From the UHGV virus genome UHGV-1403306: 37,340 nucleotides of DNA; one strand, 5' to 3'. The notes below the pieces were generated by a model that saw only the letters and a program-made list of their open reading frames with translations, was not told the origin of the DNA and did not search any database. How positions within the stretch are numbered: position 1 is the stretch's first letter; each line of letters begins with the position of its first letter. This stretch comes from a virus. The translations under genes were made by a program, and so were the position numbers. Positions 25,087 to 33,287 of this stretch are shown piece after piece.

Positions 25087-25587
25087 CTATCTAATTCTCA
25101 AACTCTTAGTTTGAACTAATTCTGCACCTTTGATTTCCCCATGTTTCAGTTCTTCTTTCAAAGCTGTTTTATCAACTTTGGGAGGTTGAGGAATTAAAAA
25201 GCCAATAGGAATTAATTTTTCGTCTATAATATTCACAGAAACTGGATTGTTTTGAATTCCTACATTGAATAATTCGCCCTTGATTTTCGTTTTGCCGACC
25301 TTTTCCATTTCATCTTGCAGATATCCTTTTAGGTTCTTTACATTGTTAGAAAGCGTTGTTTTTCGTGACTGTAGCCGTTTGATTTCTTTTTCAACAATAG
25401 ATATGTTGCTCTCAAGTTCTTTAACTACTTTTGCTGTGTTTTCTACTTTTAAATCGATTGAATCGCTAATACTATCTAACGTATCTTTTAATGTTCCATC
25501 ATCAAGCTCTTCAGCTAATGACAAAACTTTTAAATAATCGTTGCTAAGTTCATAAAGTGTTGCCACGGCTATCTTCCTCCTCGTCAT
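25087..25587 (-). CDS. Siphovirus Gp157-family protein
   Basis: 166-aa coiled-coil protein with a C-terminal …IPIGFLIPQPPKVDKTALKEELK…, typical of Gp157. Upstream of the Sak4-like ATPase. Confidence 0.5.
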   Translation of the reverse strand: MTRRKIAVATLYELSNDYLKVLSLAEELDDGTLKDTLDSISDSIDLKVENTAKVVKELESNISIVEKEIKRLQSRKTTLSNNVKNLKGYLQDEMEKVGKTKIKGELFNVGIQNNPVSVNIIDEKLIPIGFLIPQPPKVDKTALKEELKHGEIKGAELVQTKSLRIR

Positions 25588-25872
25588 ATTCCCATTCTGG
25601 TTCGATTTTCTGTAATTCTTCTGACGGCTCTGTTAAAAATTGATCTAGCGCATCTGCTTCACTACGATTCATTCACAAGACCTCGTTTCTGTGATATAAT
25701 TTTCTTAGTATATTTTTGTATGCGACTTATTGCTTGCCGGCTTAAGTCGCTTTTTTGTCGTCATACAACACCTCTGCGCTCTTTTTGTTGTGCAATGTAT
25801 ATTTTATTTTTTTGTTGCTGGTACCATAAATCAGCAAGTTTTTTCGTTTGCTGTAATTTTTCTTTCCTTGTC

Positions 25873-26044
25873 ATTTATTTACCTCTCTATCTTCAAGTGC
25901 CAGATCATAAAACAATGTCCAAATGATGAATAAGCCGATATATACATTTTGGATAATCGGATTAAACTTTCCGCCTACTAGCAGTCCTAGTCCGAATACG
26001 ATTAGCAATACTGCAATTCTTCTTAAGTTATAAATTTTTCTCAT
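25873..26044 (-). CDS. Small membrane protein (about 57 aa, 2 TM) heading a string of mini-ORFs
   Basis: ATG at 26044 preceded by AAGGAGAAATGAAATG. MRKIYNLRRIAVLLIVFGLGLLVGGKFNPIIQNVYIGLFIIWTLFYDL… Below the 60-aa track cutoff. Followed by 36-, 19- and 40-aa ORFs with overlapping stop/start codons. Confidence 0.3.
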
Positions 26045-26055
26045 TTCATTTCTCC

Positions 26056-26259
26056 TTAAATATGCATTCTATTTTGAATCTCTAAGTATCTTAAAAATTC
26101 GAGTTCTTTTTCAATTTGATATGCTTTTCCTTCGGTCAGTTGTTCTGATTGTCTAAGCGCTGCTCTATCATCTTGTAGCTGTTTACGCTCTTTTTTGATT
26201 TGGTTGAGTATCCAGCTTTCTTGTTCAGTTGTATAAGCCATAATATTCTCCTTACGCAA
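26056..26259 (-). CDS. Hypothetical small protein
   Basis: 67-aa ORF overlapping the antirepressor stop. Confidence 0.3.
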   Translation of the reverse strand: MRKENIMAYTTEQESWILNQIKKERKQLQDDRAALRQSEQLTEGKAYQIEKELEFLRYLEIQNRMHI

Positions 26260-26962
26260 TGTCGTTTAAGTCAAAACTCATTTGTCTTACAACTGTTTTT
26301 GTGGCTGTAGACGGCTCCCAGTCATTGATATACTCAATTACCATTGGATAATGTTTTTCTCTTAATTGTGATCGGGTACCCACACCTGTGATTTGCTTAA
26401 TGCCTGAATTAATATCTTTGTATAGCTTGCCGCGCTGTTCCTTTGTGATTTTTCCAAATCCTCTTGCTACTTCTGCAACTCTCTGATGAACTCTACGTGA
26501 TAAGTAGCTATAATCATCTGCACCGATTTTTTGATTGTCTTTTAAGTCGGCTACTTCTTTTTCAATTACATCTACACGCTCATTTGTTTCTTCATTTGCT
26601 GATAAAGCAAGCATCGCTAGTTTTCTTTGTGAGGTTGGAAGTTTAGGCTGTTGAATTTCTTTTTCCATTTGATTAAAAGCCTCAATATATTTCAGTTTGA
26701 ACTGCAATGCCTTTTGACCAGTAAACCCCATTGCTAACAAAGTGAAGCCGTCGCGATTCATAATAACTTGGCGATAAGATTGTTTGTTTTGTGGATGAAT
26801 GTAGGTATCTTCGTAAAATAGGTCGGCATAATTTTGTGCCACCCCCTCTTTTAATTCATCAATGGCTTTTAGAACAACTTTGTGTTCTTTTCCGAAAGTT
26901 TCTGCAACTTGTAAACTACTTGTGACCGCTTGTTGGTCTTTCATAATTACTAAGTTGTTCAT
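26252..26962 (-). CDS. Phage antirepressor (Rha-family N-domain)
   Basis: 236 aa. The N-terminus …VTSSLQVAETFGKEHKVVLKAIDEL matches the Phage_pRha signature. Confidence 0.7.
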   Translation of the reverse strand: MNNLVIMKDQQAVTSSLQVAETFGKEHKVVLKAIDELKEGVAQNYADLFYEDTYIHPQNKQSYRQVIMNRDGFTLLAMGFTGQKALQFKLKYIEAFNQMEKEIQQPKLPTSQRKLAMLALSANEETNERVDVIEKEVADLKDNQKIGADDYSYLSRRVHQRVAEVARGFGKITKEQRGKLYKDINSGIKQITGVGTRSQLREKHYPMVIEYINDWEPSTATKTVVRQMSFDLNDIA

Positions 26963-26976
26963 TTTATTTTCCTCCT

Positions 26977-27261
26977 TTAAATCTCAAAAGTTTCTTTTAA
27001 AAATCGTTGTAACTCAGATCGTTCTATTCGTATATCCTGACCGCTCCATTGCTGCACTTTTAAGCCTTTTGAAATCCAACTGCTTAATTTTTCATCGCCG
27101 ATTTCTAAAATCTTCTTTACCTGAGATTTGTTTGGATAAGGCGGCAATTCAATAATCTTGGTCAACAAATTTAAACGTTTTTCAACCTCTTTTAAAACGA
27201 CAAAGGTAATATTATTAGCTAATTCATCTTGAATTACCTCATCAGGTATATTCAGCTGCAT
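26977..27261 (-). CDS. DUF771-like small DNA-binding protein (possible excisionase)
   Basis: 94 aa, directly downstream of cro, with …KSQVKKILEIGDEKLSSWISKGLKVQQWSGQDIRIERSELQRFL. Assigned by position and pattern. Confidence 0.3.
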   Translation of the reverse strand: MQLNIPDEVIQDELANNITFVVLKEVEKRLNLLTKIIELPPYPNKSQVKKILEIGDEKLSSWISKGLKVQQWSGQDIRIERSELQRFLKETFEI

Positions 27262-27264
27262 ATA

Positions 27265-27456
27265 CTACACCTCCTGTTTTGTCTCTAATTTAATATCAAG
27301 AAGCTCTTCAATTTGTTTTAAACGTTCAACTGGCTTACGATTTTCTAATAAAATATCTTGAAGATATGCCATCGAAATATCCATTTGACGTGCCAGTTCT
27401 CGTTGACTCCAATCTTTATCAATCAGAGCGTGTGCGACTTGTTTCTTTAATGACAT
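27265..27456 (-). CDS. cro: Cro-like XRE-family HTH regulator
   Basis: 63 aa with the HTH …WSQRELARQMDISMAYLQDI… and RBS GGAGGGAACCACAAATG. Divergent from the cI-like gene. Confidence 0.6.
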   Translation of the reverse strand: MSLKKQVAHALIDKDWSQRELARQMDISMAYLQDILLENRKPVERLKQIEELLDIKLETKQEV

Positions 27457-27737
27457 TTGTGGTTCCCTCCTATCGATTGAATATTTTCTCCACTTATATT
27501 CTTTTTACGCTTGACACAAAAAGGAATATAAGCTAACATGTAAGCATAAGAAATACAGCACACAAAAAGCGAGCTTTACTGATGTCCGGGAAGACTATTT
27601 AGTTTATGCTTACGATTTTTGTATGCCATAAATATCTTGCTTACATGAATACTATAACGGAATAAATTCCTTATGTCAACTAATTTTTAGTTTTTTTTCC
27701 TTATTTTATTTTGTAAAGCTGTGAAAGGTTGATAATA
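27457..27737. promoter_or_regulatory. Lysis-lysogeny switch region: divergent promoters and three GTAAGCA/TGCTTAC operator-like repeats
   Basis: Plus strand TTGACA(27512-17)-17 nt-TAACAT. Operator-like ATGTAAGCAT at 27538-27547. Inverted copies ATGCTTAC at 27606-27613 and TGCTTACAT at 27638-27646. Confidence 0.45.
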
Positions 27738-28172
27738 ATGGGTTTAGTACAAAGAATAAAATTGTTATCTGATGAAAAAAAGATGTCGTTTGCTGAGTTA
27801 GAACGAAAACTAGGTTTTGCCAATAGCTCAATCAGAAAATGGGATGAACGGACTCCAGGTATCGATAAGATTCAAAAAGTAGCCGATTATTTCGATGTGT
27901 CGACAGACTATCTTCTAGGGCGTACCGAAAAACGTCGTTATTATGATTTAACAGAGAAGGACGAACGTGATATACAAAAAGAATTAGAAAAAATTATTGA
28001 AGACATGGGTAATTCAGAAGCTATTGCTTTCTCAAAAGACACAGAAGAACTATCTCCAGAAGCACGCGCTGCTATTATTTCTTCTATAGAGGAATCTTTA
28101 CGTATTGGCAAAGCTCTTGCGAAGAAAAAGTTCACTCCGAAAAAATATCGTGATGATTCCACGGTAGATTAG
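27729..28172 (+). CDS. cI-like repressor (XRE HTH, ImmR-like; no LexA-type autopeptidase domain); likely start 27738
   Basis: N-terminal HTH …MSFAELERKLGFANSSIRKWDERTPGIDKIQKVADYFDVSTDYLLG. Followed by ImmA and the integrase on the same strand. Confidence 0.75.
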   Translation: MIIMGLVQRIKLLSDEKKMSFAELERKLGFANSSIRKWDERTPGIDKIQKVADYFDVSTDYLLGRTEKRRYYDLTEKDERDIQKELEKIIEDMGNSEAIAFSKDTEELSPEARAAIISSIEESLRIGKALAKKKFTPKKYRDDSTVD

Positions 28173-28185
28173 GAGGTGTCTTCTC

Positions 28186-28614
28186 ATGCTTTTATCTGAT
28201 GTACCCTATGCTATTGAAGAATTAAAACAGAAATATGGAACCAATGATCCGTTTGAAATAGCCGAGAAAAAAGGAATCATTATTCTCTATGGCTATTTTG
28301 GGAATGAAGTGTATGGGTTTTATAATAAATTCCGTAGACAAAAGTTTATTCATTTAGATGCTGAATTAGATGATAATGAACAAAATTTTGTCTGCGGCCA
28401 TGAGTTATTTCATGCTGTCTTTCATCCAGATGAAAACACGGCAAAAATGACAGCAAACAGTTTTTGCTCGACTTCAAAAATAGAAGCACAAGCAAATTGT
28501 GGTTCTACTTATCTTCGAATTGATGGCACCCATATGAATGAGTTGTATATTCCGACTAAACAAGACATACTAAACTTTTATGGTCTCCCTCCAGAAATGG
28601 AAAGGTACTTATAA
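28186..28614 (+). CDS. ImmA/IrrE-family zinc metallopeptidase (HExxH: CGHELFHAVFH), anti-repressor protease
   Basis: 142 aa with HELFH. Gene order ImmR-like then ImmA then int, as in ICEBs1 and phi105-type modules. Confidence 0.7.
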   Translation: MLLSDVPYAIEELKQKYGTNDPFEIAEKKGIIILYGYFGNEVYGFYNKFRRQKFIHLDAELDDNEQNFVCGHELFHAVFHPDENTAKMTANSFCSTSKIEAQANCGSTYLRIDGTHMNELYIPTKQDILNFYGLPPEMERYL

Positions 28615-29806
28615 TTTTTTGAATGTAGACGAACATGAGTTTTTGAAAGGGGTTTTATACATGGCAATGATAAAACAGTATCAAAAGAAAAACGGGGAGA
28701 AAGCATGGTATTTTAAGACGTACCTTGGAATTGATCCATTAACTGGAAAAAAGAGGTATACAACTAAGAGAGGTTTTCGAACGCAGAAAGAGGCAAAAAT
28801 TGCCCTTGCGAGACTAGAAGTTCTAGCTACAGATAAAGAGTTATTGAAAGAGACTAGTTATACTTTTGCGCAGGTAAAAGATATGTGGATGGAACAATAC
28901 AAACCTACGGTAAGAGAAAGCACCTATTTACGTGTTAAGTTTTTATTTGATAAAAACATTTCAGTTTATTTCGGAAATAAAAAAATCCAAAGCTATAACA
29001 TAGCTTACTGCCAAGAAACTATTAATAAATGGAAAGAGCAATATTCTACCTACAAAGCTTTAAAGAGTTATACATCTGCAGTTTTTGATTATGCGAAAAA
29101 GATGAAGCTTATTAAAGATAATCCCATGAAAGAAGTGACTTTTTCAAAAGGTGATCGAAAACGTAAAAAAGATAAAATAAAGTACTTCGAAAAAGAAGAA
29201 TTACAAAATTTTCTTAAATGCTGCCAAAAAGACAAATTTCCTTTAACTTATCCTTTATTCAGGATTCTAGCTTTTACTGGAATGCGAAAAGGAGAAGCTT
29301 TAGCTTTAACTTGGGATGATGTGGATTTTTTTAATAAAACGATTGAGATTAATAAAACAGTCGTAAGAAATTCAGATAATAAATTAGTCACCACGCCCCC
29401 TAAAACAGATACATCTAACCGAAAAATTTCACTGGATGATGAAACGCTTAATACTTTGAGGGATTGGCAAACTCAACAAAAAAGATATTTACTTATACAT
29501 GGTCAACATGTTAAAACAAAGGAACAAATAATTTTTTCTTCTAAAAATAATAACTACATCGATATAACCCGACCAAATACCGTTTTGTCTCGTATCTGTA
29601 AAGAATATGATTTTAACGACATTACAATACACGGATTTCGGCATACACATTGTAGTTTATTATTTGAAGCTGGCTTATCTGTTAAAGAAGTACAGGAAAG
29701 ACTAGGACATTCAGATATTCACACAACAATGAATATTTACACACATGTAACTAAAAAACAAAAAGAAAGGTCTGCCGATAAATTTGCAGCCTATTTAAAT
29801 TTTTGA
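28580..29806 (+). CDS. int: Tyrosine integrase (site-specific recombinase); probable start at 28661
   Basis: The C-terminal catalytic region …HGFRHTHCSLLFEAGLSVKEVQERLGHSDIHTTMNIYTHV carries the R-H-R-Y residues. RBS AAAGGGG lies 9 nt before the ATG at 28661 (MAMIKQYQKKNGEKAWYFK). Confidence 0.9.
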   Translation: MVSLQKWKGTYNFLNVDEHEFLKGVLYMAMIKQYQKKNGEKAWYFKTYLGIDPLTGKKRYTTKRGFRTQKEAKIALARLEVLATDKELLKETSYTFAQVKDMWMEQYKPTVRESTYLRVKFLFDKNISVYFGNKKIQSYNIAYCQETINKWKEQYSTYKALKSYTSAVFDYAKKMKLIKDNPMKEVTFSKGDRKRKKDKIKYFEKEELQNFLKCCQKDKFPLTYPLFRILAFTGMRKGEALALTWDDVDFFNKTIEINKTVVRNSDNKLVTTPPKTDTSNRKISLDDETLNTLRDWQTQQKRYLLIHGQHVKTKEQIIFSSKNNNYIDITRPNTVLSRICKEYDFNDITIHGFRHTHCSLLFEAGLSVKEVQERLGHSDIHTTMNIYTHVTKKQKERSADKFAAYLNF

Positions 29807-29830
29807 AAAGTATGGTCAAAAGTATGGTCA
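29806..29830 (+). repeat. Tandem direct repeats AAAAGTATGGTCA x2 (candidate integrase arm-type sites, attP left arm)
   Basis: gaAAAGTATGGTCAAAAGTATGGTCAat begins at the int stop codon. A second tandem pair lies at 30007-30030. Confidence 0.4.
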
Positions 29831-30006
29831 ATATAATTAAAAAAGACTAAAAACCTTTAGCATCAAGGTTTTCAGCCTATTAAAAATCGATATAATTATT
29901 TTACTGTTATGATTTTTGTACTTTTTGACGAACTCTAATTCTTTCTAGACGCTTTAATACCGGTATTTCTTTAGTTTATTTTTTCTGACAAGTTCCACTT
30001 TTTCAT

Positions 30007-30030
30007 AAAAAGTATGGTCAAAGTATGGTC
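30007..30030 (+). repeat. Tandem direct repeats AAAAGTATGGTCA / AAGTATGGTCG (candidate arm-type sites, attP right arm)
   Basis: Same 11-mer as at 29806-29830, same orientation, ~190 bp away. The intervening AT-rich DNA is the candidate attP core region. Confidence 0.4.
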
Positions 30031-30113
30031 GTTTTATTAAAATAATACTTTTCTTTATAAAATCTTTATTAAGTGATAGAATTGACTTAAATTAATAAGC
30101 AGGAGTGTATGTT

Positions 30114-30485
30114 ATGGATTGGAAAGAAGTTGGAAAAAAAGCGTTAGATGTTAGTAAAAAGGCTACTGAGAAAAGTATTGATTCGTTCCAAGAATGGAAA
30201 AATGATCCAGAAAGAATCAAAAAAGCTGAAGAAAGAAAAAAAACAATCGATAAGAAACAAGATAAAAAAGCACCCATGTTTCATAACGGGGTTCACTGTC
30301 CTAAATGTCGTAGTATGAATGTAGAATTTATGCAAAATAACCGTAAAAGTTTTTCTGTAGGTAAAGCTGCAGGTGGTGCAATTTTAACAGGTGGCGTGGG
30401 TACATTGGCTGGATTCGCTGGAAAAAAAGGGAAAAATCAATGGCACTGCAAAAATTGTGGAAACACATTTACTTCAAAAAAATAG
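30114..30485 (+). CDS. Zinc-ribbon protein with a glycine-zipper segment (moron gene)
   Basis: RBS AGGAG lies 9 nt before the ATG at 30114. Paired CxxC (CPKCRS…CKNCGN) flank SVGKAAGGAILTGGVGTLAGFAGKKGK. Plus strand, between attP and the tRNA. Confidence 0.5.
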   Translation: MDWKEVGKKALDVSKKATEKSIDSFQEWKNDPERIKKAEERKKTIDKKQDKKAPMFHNGVHCPKCRSMNVEFMQNNRKSFSVGKAAGGAILTGGVGTLAGFAGKKGKNQWHCKNCGNTFTSKK

Positions 30486-30496
30486 GAGCACTGCAA

Positions 30497-30648
30497 TGGC
30501 TAAAATAAAACATAGAATAACAAAAAGAAAAGAGCAAATTAGATGCATTTTCCACGACAGAAAACCAATTCAAAAACGAATTGCACTGTGGATAGTACTT
30601 TCAATCTTAATATTAGATATAGTATTTCGTTTCGGCGTTTTCAAATAG
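30497..30648 (+). CDS. Small tail-anchored membrane protein (50 aa)
   Basis: RBS AGGAGCACTGCAATG. MAKIKHRITKRKEQIRCIFHDRKPIQKRIALWIVLSILILDIVFRFGVFK. Terminator immediately downstream. Confidence 0.35.
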
Positions 30649-30658
30649 TTGTGTTTTT

Positions 30659-30689
30659 AATCCAACCTAAAAAGGTTGGATTTTTTTAT
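30659..30689 (+). terminator. Rho-independent terminator (AAUCCAACC-UAAAAA-GGUUGGAUU + U7)
   Basis: Perfect 9-bp stem followed by TTTTTTTAT. Ends the plus-strand moron operon. Confidence 0.7.
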
Positions 30690-30762
30690 GGACCATACAG
30701 GACTCGAACCTGTGACCGAACGGTTATGAGCCGTTTGCTCTAACCAACTGAGCTAATGGTCC
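30690..30762 (-). tRNA. tRNA with anticodon CAU; acceptor C4:G69/C5:G68 suggests tRNA-Ile2 (lysidine, AUA decoder) rather than initiator Met
   Basis: Minus strand: GGACCAT-TA-GCTCagttggttaGAGC-A-AACGG-CTCATAA-CCGTT-CGGTC-ACAGGTTCGAGTCCTGT-ATGGTCC. Canonical cloverleaf with T-loop TTCGAGT and no encoded CCA. The full-length gene sits inside a phage replicon. Confidence 0.85.
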
Positions 30763-30786
30763 TGAAAACTTTACTTATTAATTAAT

Positions 30787-31320
30787 CTATAAATTAAATG
30801 AAATAAGCTCTAAAGTTAGAATTTTTGCTCTTTTTGATTTAGTAAATGTTGGGCGACTACTCTTTGATACGTAGAAAGTGACTGGTGCATAGACACAATC
30901 GTTTACTTCACGTAATCCAAGTGTTAATATTTTATTTTTATGCGGATGGCTAAAAGCTATGTCTAGTTTCATAGATGAACCAAACTTATCTGCTTCAGAC
31001 ACATATATCACTGAATCATTGTATCCCTCTAAAAATATTTCTAGAATAAATTCAAATAGCTCTACTCGATCTTTTATAGTACCAAAATTGCGGTGCCTTT
31101 GCAGATGTTTATATGTAATAACTTCATCATTCAATTTTTGACAAATTATTCTAGGTGAATCCTTATAAATTTTGTGTAAACCCAATAAATGTGGGAGTTG
31201 TAAGATGTCAAATTTTACATAAAAACAGTCCAGTTTAACAAATGGCGTTGTTATAACAGCCATTTTGCCATCAAGATTTGATAAAAATAAGTTGTATGTT
31301 TTCTGCAAATCTTTAGGCAT
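30787..31320 (-). CDS. Hypothetical 177-aa accessory (moron) protein with its own promoter and a structured leader
   Basis: RBS AGAGGAG. Located between the lysis cassette and attP, the usual lysogenic-conversion or defence position. No family recognised. Confidence 0.5.
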   Translation of the reverse strand: MPKDLQKTYNLFLSNLDGKMAVITTPFVKLDCFYVKFDILQLPHLLGLHKIYKDSPRIICQKLNDEVITYKHLQRHRNFGTIKDRVELFEFILEIFLEGYNDSVIYVSEADKFGSSMKLDIAFSHPHKNKILTLGLREVNDCVYAPVTFYVSKSSRPTFTKSKRAKILTLELISFNL

Positions 31321-31349
31321 TTTTACAACTCCTCTATAATTTTAGACAT

Positions 31350-31433
31350 AAAAAAAAGAGTGCAAATCATGGATACCGTCCCATGCTGACCAACGCTAGG
31401 TTAACCCACCTGCTGGGGAACGTGGGTGCACTC
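31350..31433 (-). ncRNA. Structured 5' leader / attenuator-like element: multi-hairpin domain closed by GAGUGCA/UGCACUC followed by U8, 30 nt before the RBS of the 177-aa ORF
   Basis: The 7-bp closing stem (31358-31364 / 31427-31433) encloses CCCAC…GUGGG and CAUGG…CCAUG hairpins. An upstream GUGGG copy could form an alternative antiterminator. Candidate promoter TTGCAT-17-TATATT on the minus strand near 31510-31538. Confidence 0.35.
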
Positions 31434-31662
31434 AATTCCCACTTTGCTTGTAAATAATGATCTAAAGCTAGACTAGAAAACGAGGTAATGATATCCTTTC
31501 CTCACACTTAATATAACATCTAAATGTATCGTATGCAATAAAAATATCTCATGAAATTATTTAAAATACAACATAAAAACAAGTTTAAGAAGATTTTTTC
31601 ACTTACAAACACGTAAATGTGCCTGATCATAAGCTGGTTGCCATATTGTTAATTTTAATTAA

Positions 31663-31697
31663 ATAACAAAAAAAGAGCCACCTTGGGGGAGGTGGCT
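31663..31697 (-). terminator. Rho-independent terminator of the late/lysis operon (AGCCACC-UCCCCCAA-GGUGGCU + U-run)
   Basis: 7-bp GC-rich stem followed by CUUUUUUUGUUAUUU on the minus strand, 46 nt after the endolysin stop. Confidence 0.7.
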
Positions 31698-31742
31698 TAA
31701 GAGAAACTTAATAAGTGTATTCTTATTTTAACATTAGAACTA

Positions 31743-32984
31743 TCAATAGTTCAATGTTTGACCAGGATAAATTAAGTTAGGGTTTGCTAGTCCGTTTAAT
31801 GCAGCTAAGGTTTGATAAGTCGTGCCAAGCTTAGCCGCAATGCTTGATAAGTTATCACCGTATTGGACTGTATAAACGTTGCTTACTGCTGATCCATTGA
31901 CTTTCAAAACTTGACCAGGATAAATCAAATTAGGATTTGTCAATCCATTTAGCGAAGCTAAGGTTTGATAGTCTGTACCATGTTGGTAAGCAATACTTGA
32001 TAATGTTTCGCCATGTTGAACCACGTGTGTTGCTTCTGGCTGTTTATCAGGAATAGTTGTTGCATCTGGCAATAGCTCAATATCACCTTTACTAATCCAT
32101 GACAAGATACCTTCAAGCAATACTCTACTTCCAGTTACTTCTTGCACTTTATAGCTGTTTCCTTTTACCCATTGCGGAATAGCTTCACCAGTTGCCCAAG
32201 CATCTACATTAAATTTTACTTTGACTGTATCGCCAACTTTAACATCAGAACTTGGTGTATTTTCTACTTCTTTACCTTCCTCAATAGCTGGTGTGTTTGT
32301 TTCTGGTTGGTTATTTTTTGTATAACCATTATCGGTAATACCTGTTAAATCAACGTTACCATCTAGCCCTCCTGCAACGTAGGTTGACGTGAACTGAAAA
32401 ATACCGATATTTTCAAATGAAGGAAAATAATTGTAATTTGGATAAGGTGTCACTACATAATCTGGATATTCTGCCATCCATAATTGATACTTCTTTGCAA
32501 TTCGTGATAGATCATAAGCTGAAGTAAGATACCCTTTGTATCCGTAAAGCATCGGTGTATATCCAGCCTCTTTGATATAGTCTAACGCCCATAGCGTTAC
32601 ATCCGTCGATTGAACGCCATCTTCCGCATCTAAGGCGACAATTGATCCCTTTGGTGTTTGTACTTTAGGTAAAAAGTAATCTAATACTTGCTTTGCATTT
32701 TCGTAGGTAAGGACATTTTGCCACCATACATACGTATGCGCGCGTTTACCTTGAGCAATCGTACTAGCTACTTGACTAGAATAAGTAACTTGATCATAAA
32801 TTCCATAGTTATTTTGCCCACCAATTTGTGAAATTGAGAATTTATCATGTGAATAACCAAATGTTGCTTGATATCCATTCCAAATAGACAAATCAACGCC
32901 TTGGTCTCCTTTTGCAGCAAATGTACTAACTGGCGCTAAAAAAAACAGGCCTACCAATAATGTTACTAATAGTTTCTTTTTCAT
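31743..32984 (-). CDS. Endolysin: Sec signal peptide + GH25 muramidase + 2x LysM
   Basis: 413 aa. N-terminal signal peptide [28 protein letters not shown]25-like catalytic region. Two C-terminal LysM repeats (…[41 protein letters not shown]). Confidence 0.85.
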   Translation of the reverse strand: MKKKLLVTLLVGLFFLAPVSTFAAKGDQGVDLSIWNGYQATFGYSHDKFSISQIGGQNNYGIYDQVTYSSQVASTIAQGKRAHTYVWWQNVLTYENAKQVLDYFLPKVQTPKGSIVALDAEDGVQSTDVTLWALDYIKEAGYTPMLYGYKGYLTSAYDLSRIAKKYQLWMAEYPDYVVTPYPNYNYFPSFENIGIFQFTSTYVAGGLDGNVDLTGITDNGYTKNNQPETNTPAIEEGKEVENTPSSDVKVGDTVKVKFNVDAWATGEAIPQWVKGNSYKVQEVTGSRVLLEGILSWISKGDIELLPDATTIPDKQPEATHVVQHGETLSSIAYQHGTDYQTLASLNGLTNPNLIYPGQVLKVNGSAVSNVYTVQYGDNLSSIAAKLGTTYQTLAALNGLANPNLIYPGQTLNY

Positions 32985-33287
32985 CTATTTGTCTCCTTTT
33001 CTATCTGATAATCCAGGTGTTGTATGGTCTGTCACAATTCCTAAAATAGTTAATACAACAAACACTGCATTGATAACATCTAGCAATTGCTGATTAATCA
33101 CATCAATTTGAAATTTATACCCAAAAGGAACTGCAACTACTTGAATAAGTAACAAAACTGCAGGAATAAGAGACAACCAGAATTGTTTATTTTTTATTCT
33201 TGACTTCCAATCAATCATTTTTATTTCCTCCAATTCCTCGAAAGAGGGTTTTATTTTGTTCTTCCAATCGACTAATGCGCACCTCAT
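32985..33287 (-). CDS. Holin (probable start at the internal Met at 33218, giving 78 aa with 2 TM)
   Basis: The ORF overlaps the upstream XhlA-like gene. The internal start MIDWKSRIKNKQFWLSLIPAVLLLIQVVAVPF… gives a typical small holin with a charged C-terminus. Immediately upstream of the endolysin. Confidence 0.65.
   Translation of the reverse strand: MRCALVDWKNKIKPSFEELEEIKMIDWKSRIKNKQFWLSLIPAVLLLIQVVAVPFGYKFQIDVINQQLLDVINAVFVVLTILGIVTDHTTPGLSDRKGDK

Noticed and set aside
29806-30762. An 8-nt identity (GTATGGTC) between the int-proximal 11-mer repeats and the 3' acceptor end of the tRNA(CAU) gene, as evidence that attP is the tRNA
   Set aside because: An 8-mer is expected about once by chance in 2 x 37 kb. 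The orientation is inverted relative to the tRNA gene. The tRNA is complete rather than a 3' fragment. It is treated as coincidence unless lysogen junctions show otherwise.
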